Shown: in pieces, positions 51,123 to 61,030 of the stretch
Position numbering within the stretch: the first letter of the stretch is position 1
Layout: the number at the start of each line of letters is the position of its first letter
Source: Candidatus Kuenenia stuttgartensis
Lineage (GTDB): Bacteria; Planctomycetota; Planctomycetia; Pirellulales; UBA1268
DNA length: 64,000 bases
NCBI GenBank assembly: GCA_945891385.1
Contig: CAMDDJ010000012.1
Coordinates: 1,940 to 65,939 of the forward strand
Reading direction: 5' to 3'
Position numbers and translations under genes: made by a program
Notes under the pieces: model-generated
The model's database searches: none
Told to the model about the DNA's origin: nothing
The model's input: only the letters and a program-made list of their open reading frames with translations

Positions 51123-51814
51123 TCCGTCACGGCGGGAACGAACGGGTTGTGCCGCCGCTCATGGGTGACGGTCGTGGGCTCGCCGTGACCGGGGTAGACG
51201 ATCGTTTCCGGCGGCAGCGGATAAAGCTGGCTCCGGATGCCGGCGGCGAGGGCCGCGAAGTCGCCGTCGGGGAAGTCGGTGCGGCCGATCCCTTCGCGAA
51301 ACAGCACGTCCCCGCCAAAGACCAGCGGCGGCGCCGAGCCCTCCAGCAGAAACACGACATGCCCCGCCGAGTGGCCGGGGATCGCCCGGACCTCGAAGTC
51401 GAGGCCGGCAGCGCTGAAGCGGTCGCCATGATCGAGCAGCCGGTCAGCGGGCGGGCTGGTCAAGGCGAGGCCGAAGGGTGCGGAGAGGTTGGCCTTGGGA
51501 TCGCCCAGCTTGGCGGCCTCCAGGCGGCCCACCAGGATCGGCAGGTCGGGCCAGCGGTTCTTGAGGAAGCCGTTGCCTGCGATGTGGTCGGAGTGGCCGT
51601 GGGTCAGCAGAATCGCCGCGGGAGCGAGGCCGTGCGACTCGATCCAGGCGACGATCGCGTCCGGCTCGAAGCCGGGGTCGACAACCACGCATTCGGTCCC
51701 CTCGGCCCGTCGGCAGACGTAGGAGTGCTGCCCAAACGGCAACGACTCCACCCGGGCGACCTCGAAGCCGGCGGCGGAAGGGATGATCTCGGCGGTCGCC
51801 ATCGGGGCTTTCAA
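51119..51814 (-). CDS. MBL-fold metallo-hydrolase (glyoxalase II-like)
   Basis: LLTHGHSDHIAG (HxHxDH), GHSAGH and GDVLF.....GRTD, typical of the hydroxyacylglutathione hydrolase family. Confidence 0.85.
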   Translation of the reverse strand: MKAPMATAEIIPSAAGFEVARVESLPFGQHSYVCRRAEGTECVVVDPGFEPDAIVAWIESHGLAPAAILLTHGHSDHIAGNGFLKNRWPDLPILVGRLEAAKLGDPKANLSAPFGLALTSPPADRLLDHGDRFSAAGLDFEVRAIPGHSAGHVVFLLEGSAPPLVFGGDVLFREGIGRTDFPDGDFAALAAGIRSQLYPLPPETIVYPGHGEPTTVTHERRHNPFVPAVTD

Positions 51815-52077
51815 CAGGCGGGTGGGCTGGGGACTCTTACCCCGTCATGCAGCATGGTCGGAAGTGGGCGGCCCGGCAAGGATCCCGGTCCAGGCCGGCC
51901 GATCCTGGGTTTTCGAGCGGCGTTCGCTGGTTGAAGTGGGCTGGCGGCGCCGAACCTGGCCTCGCTAGACTCCCGCCGACTCGGGCCGAGCGGTACGGAT
52001 GTGCCGGTCGTGCGGAGTCTGCGTCTCCGGCCTCATGGCGTTCGGAGACAAAGGGCGATATAAGCCGGCGAGTGGCC

Positions 52078-53076
52078 ATGGAGGGCTACGGCATCACAGG
52101 CGACAGGCAAGGGTCCATGGAGGGATCGATGGGCAATTCGGCATCCCGGCATCACGCGGTTCCTGCGGCCCACTCGCGGTGGGCGATCCTCCGGCTGGTC
52201 GCGGCGGCTGCCGTTCCGCTCATCGGCTGCCTCGCCGGGCCGGTCGTCGCCCAGGATGCGCCGGCCGCCGGTCCTCAAGTCTCCGGTTCTCAAGGCCCCG
52301 GGTTGATGCCCCATGGCGACGTCGCCCAGGGCAATGTCGGCGCCGGAGATGCCACGGCCGCCGTGGCCGGTGCCCATCCGCTCGAGCCCGCGCTCGAACT
52401 GGCGCAGCGGGGCCTCGCCCAGCTTCGGACCACGATCAAGGACTACTCCTGCACCGTCGTCAAGCGGGAGCGAATCGATGGCAAACTGGGCGAGCACGAG
52501 TACATCTTCGCCAAGGTCCGGCACGAGCCCTTCAGCGTCTACCTCTATTTCCTCGCGCCCGAAGCGGTGAAGGGGCAGGAGGTGATCTATGTTGAAGGCC
52601 GCAACGACGGCAACATGCTCGCCCATGCCGGCAGCGGTGTGCGGGCGATGGTGGGCACCGTGTCGCTCAAGCCCAACGGGTCGTTGGCGATGCAGGGCAA
52701 TCGGTATGCGATCACCGAGATCGGCGTGGAGAATCTCGCTCGCCGGCTCGTCGAAGTGGCCGAGCACGACAAGCAGTTCGGCGAGTGCGAGGTGAACTTC
52801 TACCCCAACGCCAAGGTGAACGGCCGGATCTGCACCTGCGTGCAGGTGGTGCATCCGGTGCCCCGACGGAATTTCCGCTTCCATCTGGCCCGGGTCTTCA
52901 TCGACGACGAACTGCTGGTCCCGATCCGCTACGAGGCCTACGACTGGCCGCACGAAGAAGGTGGGCAGCCGGTGCTCATGGAGGAGTACACCTACATGAA
53001 CGTGAAGATCAACAACGGCTTTACCGACGCCGACTTCGATCCCAAGAACACGGCCTACAAGTTCAACGCCAAGTAG
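52078..53076 (+). CDS. Secreted hypothetical protein (possibly DUF1571-like)
   Basis: Signal segment WAILRLVAAAAVPLIGCLAGPVVAQ. The core IKDYSCTVVKRERIDGKLGEHEYIFAKVRHEPFSVYLYF is reminiscent, from memory, of DUF1571 proteins. Start is 52078 or 52117. Confidence 0.45.
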   Translation: MEGYGITGDRQGSMEGSMGNSASRHHAVPAAHSRWAILRLVAAAAVPLIGCLAGPVVAQDAPAAGPQVSGSQGPGLMPHGDVAQGNVGAGDATAAVAGAHPLEPALELAQRGLAQLRTTIKDYSCTVVKRERIDGKLGEHEYIFAKVRHEPFSVYLYFLAPEAVKGQEVIYVEGRNDGNMLAHAGSGVRAMVGTVSLKPNGSLAMQGNRYAITEIGVENLARRLVEVAEHDKQFGECEVNFYPNAKVNGRICTCVQVVHPVPRRNFRFHLARVFIDDELLVPIRYEAYDWPHEEGGQPVLMEEYTYMNVKINNGFTDADFDPKNTAYKFNAK

Positions 53077-53135
53077 GGTCGCGTCCGGACCGAGTTTGAC
53101 CGCCACGGACGAGGGTTGTACGGAAAAGCCGTACC

Positions 53136-53621
53136 ATGCCTGAGGCGTGGTGGTTGAAAGTGGGCTGCCTCTCCCCCGCTGAACTGGCGGCCCTTTGTCA
53201 GGGCGAGGTGACGGGGGACGATCGCGACCGGCTGCCGGCCCTGGCCGTCGGAGGCACCGCTTACCACGTCGGGCAGCTCCGTCGGGCCAACGACCGGGTG
53301 TCGCTCAGGCTCGAACGCTTCGATGAATCCCAGGCGGCAGCCGATGCGACGCTCTCGCTGGCGGAGCACGTCGACACAGCAGCCCCCGCCGTCCACCAGC
53401 ATACGATCCTGCTGGCTCGGGCTCTCACCGCTCGCTCCGAGCGGCTCATCGCCGCCGGCGACCCGGATGCGGCTCGGCGATCCTGGAACGAATCATGGCT
53501 CTCACCGAGCCCTGGCTGGGGAAGGAAGGAGCAGCGGTCTACCGACGCCGCTTTCTTCTTCGACTGGGCTCGGCAGCGGATCGCCAGCCTGCAGGAAGGT
53601 GGCACGGTGCCGGGCGGGTGA
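53136..53621 (+). CDS. Hypothetical protein (161 aa)
   Basis: ATG-initiated ORF with coding-like composition; no motif recognised. Confidence 0.4.
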   Translation: MPEAWWLKVGCLSPAELAALCQGEVTGDDRDRLPALAVGGTAYHVGQLRRANDRVSLRLERFDESQAAADATLSLAEHVDTAAPAVHQHTILLARALTARSERLIAAGDPDAARRSWNESWLSPSPGWGRKEQRSTDAAFFFDWARQRIASLQEGGTVPGG

Positions 53622-53762
53622 GATCGGTGCTGAAGCGCCCCCCGGTCGCCTGGGGCGAGCTCGTCGAGGTCCACGACGATCGCGACGGCCTTCAAGCGTC
53701 GCCCGACGAGCTGCCTGTGATCGACATCAACACCGCAGCCCATGAGGTTGCCCGCTGCAGCA

Positions 53763-54323
53763 TCAGAGGCTGTTTCGCATCTGAAGCAACCGCTCGATGA
53801 TCTCGGGTTCCTCCTTGAGTTCAACGAGTGGCTGGAGCTGCGTCAAAATGTAGGCCCAGTCAAGCCGGTCGCCCTGGCGGATCATGATGCCCTCAAGGTC
53901 CACCCAGTCCTTGGGGCGGGCCGCGAATGCCTTCATCACGATCAAATCCTCAGCCGAGGCAGTGAGCAGAAAAACCTCCGGGGCAAACTCGTAGAGGCTC
54001 GCTCGGTCGACAGCGGATTCCTCGAATGGCATCCCGCCCAGGGCGATGTCGATCCCCACGCCGGAAGCGGCTTGTACGAGCACGACTCTGTGCTGCACCG
54101 CGAACACGACCGGATCGGGGACCCGCGGCTCGTACCAGTTCAAAATCTCACGGATGATCGGCTCCTCGCCACCAAAACCCGTGAGGAGCGTGATATCGAC
54201 GTCGATCGTCTCCCGTGGCTCACCCCATCGCTGGAGGGCCAAGCCGCCAATGAGGCAAAACCGCCAACCACGCTCTTGGAGCCTTTTTTGGAGTTCAGCC
54301 GCAGCGCGATAGACCTCAAGCAT
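53763..54323 (-). CDS. Nucleotidyltransferase-fold protein (AbiEii/DUF6036-like; putative toxin-type component)
   Basis: FCLIGGLALQRWGEPRETIDVDITLL matches the GG.A....G..R.T.D(I/L)D NTase motif. Visibly less GC-rich than its surroundings. 8-nt overlap with the upstream small ORF. Confidence 0.55.
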   Translation of the reverse strand: MLEVYRAAAELQKRLQERGWRFCLIGGLALQRWGEPRETIDVDITLLTGFGGEEPIIREILNWYEPRVPDPVVFAVQHRVVLVQAASGVGIDIALGGMPFEESAVDRASLYEFAPEVFLLTASAEDLIVMKAFAARPKDWVDLEGIMIRQGDRLDWAYILTQLQPLVELKEEPEIIERLLQMRNSL

Positions 54324-54579
54324 CGCGGCGAGCCTTCATGAACCACCGCTGCTGCTCGACGAGCCCGGAAGATGGTCTCGGCTTTCGCGGCTCTTGCCGA
54401 TAATTAGCCGGACCAGTGAGGAGCGCCAAGGCTTTCTTGCCGTCGAGCGCGCGAAGTTCCTCACGACGAACACGTGCCAGCGCCGCGCCAGCCGATCGCC
54501 ACGTCTGCATCCATTGCTGTGCGTGCTCAACCATCGATGACCATCTTTCGAAGGGAATCCTAATACGGCGCGATCGCAT
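54316..54579 (-). CDS. Small hypothetical protein (87 aa or shorter), putative partner/antitoxin of the nucleotidyltransferase
   Basis: Position and overlap only. Sequence ...MVEHAQQWMQTWRSAGAALARVRREELRALDGKKALALLTG... has no recognised motif. Confidence 0.35.
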   Translation of the reverse strand: MRSRRIRIPFERWSSMVEHAQQWMQTWRSAGAALARVRREELRALDGKKALALLTGPANYRQEPRKPRPSSGLVEQQRWFMKARRDA

Positions 54580-54616
54580 CGATCCCGCGGGCGACCCTCA
54601 CTCGATTCTATCGTAC

Positions 54617-54820
54617 ATGGGGGCTGCCGACGGCAGCCGGTTTACGGTGGGCAGCCAGATGTGGGAGATCGACTACAACTCGACAACGGCCGGGCTCATC
54701 TTCACGACCAACTATGTCGGCAGCAATTTCGTGACGGTCACGGCCGTTCCCGAGCCGGCCGGGCTCGCGGTCGTCGCCGCGGCCGCGGGGCTGGCCGCGA
54801 TCCGCCGCCGTCGCGTCTGA
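54617..54820 (+). CDS. Short PEP-CTERM-tailed protein (67 aa), possibly a 3' remnant of a longer gene
   Basis: The C-terminus VTAVPEPAGLAVVAAAAGLAAIRRRRV is a textbook PEP-CTERM sorting signal (VPEP + TM + Arg cluster). Only ~40 residues precede it and no signal peptide is present. Confidence 0.5.
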   Translation: MGAADGSRFTVGSQMWEIDYNSTTAGLIFTTNYVGSNFVTVTAVPEPAGLAVVAAAAGLAAIRRRRV

Positions 54821-54985
54821 GCCGCAGCCCGATTGATCCGCATCCGGACCATACCCGACATCACCGTACGCTCCGTCTGGTTCAGGCCCCAGCAGCGTGC
54901 CAGCGGGAATCCCTCCCGCTGAATTCGCTGCGGTTCCCGCTTTGCGGCCAACCGCCGCTTGAAGTGGCGACGCCATTCCCCGGGT

Positions 54986-58969
<3,984 letters not shown>

Positions 58970-58996
58970 GGATCACCCTCCGGCCTCCATGCTACA

Positions 58997-59722
58997 TCAT
59001 TGGGGCGGCATCAGGTTCGGCCAGGCGGTCGAAAGCCGATCGACCGGCGGCAGTTCGAGCCGTGTTCCCGGCACGAGCGAAATCCGCGGATCGCGGGCTC
59101 GATTCCAGGCAAACAGGCAGCGGTAGAGCCGGCCGTCGCCGTAGGTGCGTTCCGCGAGCGACCACCACGAGTCGCCGGGTCTGGTGACGTATTCGCCCGC
59201 ATGAGACAGCTGCGGCTGCTCGAAGCGTGTGGATGGCGACCGCTCCGCAGCCGGCGGTGCCGCGTCGACGAATGCCGGGGGCGGCTCTTCACGAACGAGG
59301 GCCGCAACGGGATCCGGCTCAGCGAGCGGCTGCGAGGGCTCCACGGCCGCGGGCGGCAGGAAATCGGCTGGAGCGTCGAGCGGCGCGGCGGCGACCATGT
59401 CGAAGGATGCCGGTGACACGAAGCGATCGCGGACCGGTGTCGGCTCCGGCAACGCCGCTTCGACTGGCGGCTGCGAGCCGGCGGTGAAGCGGCTGGTGGG
59501 CAGTGGGGTCACGTCAGCCGGTTCGAACTCGCCTCCTGGCGGCAGCGACAGGGCGGGCGGCTCGACGAGATCCTGCACCTCCGTCACGGCCGACGCGGCA
59601 TGGATGTCGGGGCCCGCGCCCGCAGGCGGCCGCGGCACGAACAGCTTCATCGACACCACGCCCGCCAGCACGCCGGTGAGCAGGCCGAGCACTGCGAGGA
59701 GCAGTTTGGCTTCGCGACCCAT
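58997..59722 (-). CDS. Membrane-anchored LysM domain protein
   Basis: ATG at 59722. TM helix KLLLAVLGLLTGVLAGVVSM, a Pro/Ala-rich linker and a C-terminal LysM (YVTRPGDSWWSLAERTYGDGRLYRCLFAWNR...LVPGTRLELP). Confidence 0.75.
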   Translation of the reverse strand: MGREAKLLLAVLGLLTGVLAGVVSMKLFVPRPPAGAGPDIHAASAVTEVQDLVEPPALSLPPGGEFEPADVTPLPTSRFTAGSQPPVEAALPEPTPVRDRFVSPASFDMVAAAPLDAPADFLPPAAVEPSQPLAEPDPVAALVREEPPPAFVDAAPPAAERSPSTRFEQPQLSHAGEYVTRPGDSWWSLAERTYGDGRLYRCLFAWNRARDPRISLVPGTRLELPPVDRLSTAWPNLMPPQ

Positions 59723-59872
59723 GGAGGCTGCCGACGGGAGGGAACGAAACGGCCGAAGAACGGCCGGGATTGTGAAAAAACCTGCCGCCCGGGGCCAGAC
59801 CGGCTCGATCGGTTCGCGGCCTGCCGAAAGCCCGTGCCTTGCCCAGCCGCCACCGGTCGATCGCATCACGCC

Positions 59873-59951
59873 GGCTCGGGGGCGGCAAAAGTCGCGTCGC
59901 GGGCGAGGATACGCCCCCATTGCTCCGCGAGCGTTCGCCGACCCCCGAGCC
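59873..59951 (+). repeat. Palindromic intergenic repeat, copy 5
   Basis: GGCTCGGGGGCGGCAAAAGTCGCGTCGCGGGCGAGGATACGCCCCCATTGCTCCGCGAGCGTTCGCCGACCCCCGAGCC. On the plus strand it ends 4 nt before the rsmH stop codon (59955), so it lies immediately downstream of rsmH. Confidence 0.85.
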
Positions 59952-59954
59952 TAC

Positions 59955-60863
59955 CTACCCTGCCGCGGCAGGGGTTGCGGCGACGAGGCTGGCCACTCGA
60001 AGCTTGGCCGACCGGCTGCGGGGGTTTCGCGCGATCTCTTCGTCGGTCGCCTCCACGGGGCCGCGGGTGAGCGGCTCCCAGACCTGCCGGTTGCGAAACG
60101 CCTCTTTGGCGAGCCGGTCCTCCAGCGAGTGAAACGAAATCACGGCCAGCCGGCCGCCAGGATTGAGCCGCGTCGGAATGCGTTCCAGGGCGATCCGCAG
60201 GCTCTTGAGTTCCTCGTTGACGGCGATCCGCAACGCCTGGAAGGTGCGGGTGGCCGGATGGATCCGCGGCGGCGGGTGCTGGCGGGGGATGGCGCTCACG
60301 ACGAGTCGGGCGAAGTCGCGGGCCGAACGGATCGGCTCCTTCTCCCGGGCGGTGGCGATCCGCCGCGCGATCCGCCTGCTAAACCGCTCTTCGCCGAACT
60401 CGTAGATGATGTCGGCGAGCGTCTCGGGTCGCATCCGGTTGACCAGCCGCCAGGCGGGCTCGCCTTCGGTGGGATCGAACCGCAGGTCGAGCGGCCCCTC
60501 CGAGTCGAAGGAAAACCCGCGGTTGTGGTCGGCCAGTTGGTCGCTCGACAGGCCGACGTCGAGCAGCACGCGATCGACCCGGTCGATCGCCAACGCGTCG
60601 AGCACCTCGGGGATGTCGCGGAAGTTGGCCTGGGCAAACCGCACCGGCAGGCCGGCCAGCTCCGTCGCGCCCCGCTCGATCGCCAGCGGATCGCGGTCGA
60701 TCCCGATCACCAGGCCGTCGGGGCCGACCGCATCGGCAAAGAGCCGGGTGTGGCCGCCGCCGCCGAGCGTGCCATCCACGACCCGCATCCCGGGGCGAAT
60801 GTCGAGGAATCGCATCACTTCCGCGGCGAGAACGGGCGTATGGATGCTGGCTCCGGCAGACAT
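59955..60863 (-). CDS. rsmH: 16S rRNA (cytosine1402-N4)-methyltransferase
   Basis: HTPVLAAEVMRFL, DGTLGGGGH, DLGLSS-like (DVGLSSDQL) and ISFHSLEDR are RsmH/MraW motifs. Confidence 0.95.
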   Translation of the reverse strand: MSAGASIHTPVLAAEVMRFLDIRPGMRVVDGTLGGGGHTRLFADAVGPDGLVIGIDRDPLAIERGATELAGLPVRFAQANFRDIPEVLDALAIDRVDRVLLDVGLSSDQLADHNRGFSFDSEGPLDLRFDPTEGEPAWRLVNRMRPETLADIIYEFGEERFSRRIARRIATAREKEPIRSARDFARLVVSAIPRQHPPPRIHPATRTFQALRIAVNEELKSLRIALERIPTRLNPGGRLAVISFHSLEDRLAKEAFRNRQVWEPLTRGPVEATDEEIARNPRSRSAKLRVASLVAATPAAAG

Positions 60864-61030
60864 GTCGGTATCGTACCGCGGGGGCCTGGGCTCTGTCGCG
60901 CGACCGGCGATTGCGGCCCTGATTGCTGTCGGTTCCTGTGATCCCTATCCTTGCGTAAGGTGCTCGGGCGTCAGGCGCTCGCCGCGTCGGCTTTCGCCCA
61001 TGTCTGCACCGCGTCGCCGAGTTCTTTGCC

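Noticed and set aside
53495-53800. 101-aa ORF, or a 60-aa version from GTG 53621 (VRSVLKRPPVAWGELVEVHDDRDGL...), between the 53136-53621 gene and the NTase gene.
   Set aside because: It overlaps both neighbours, has no motif and has no convincing start. It could be a remnant, but I cannot support it as a gene.
60864-61030. Looked for mraZ upstream of rsmH, and for yidC after yidD at 11013-11022.
   Set aside because: No ORF with MraZ (SpoVT/AbrB-like) features fits in the 167-bp gap. yidD is followed directly by convergent fabI. These absences are reported as context, not as features.
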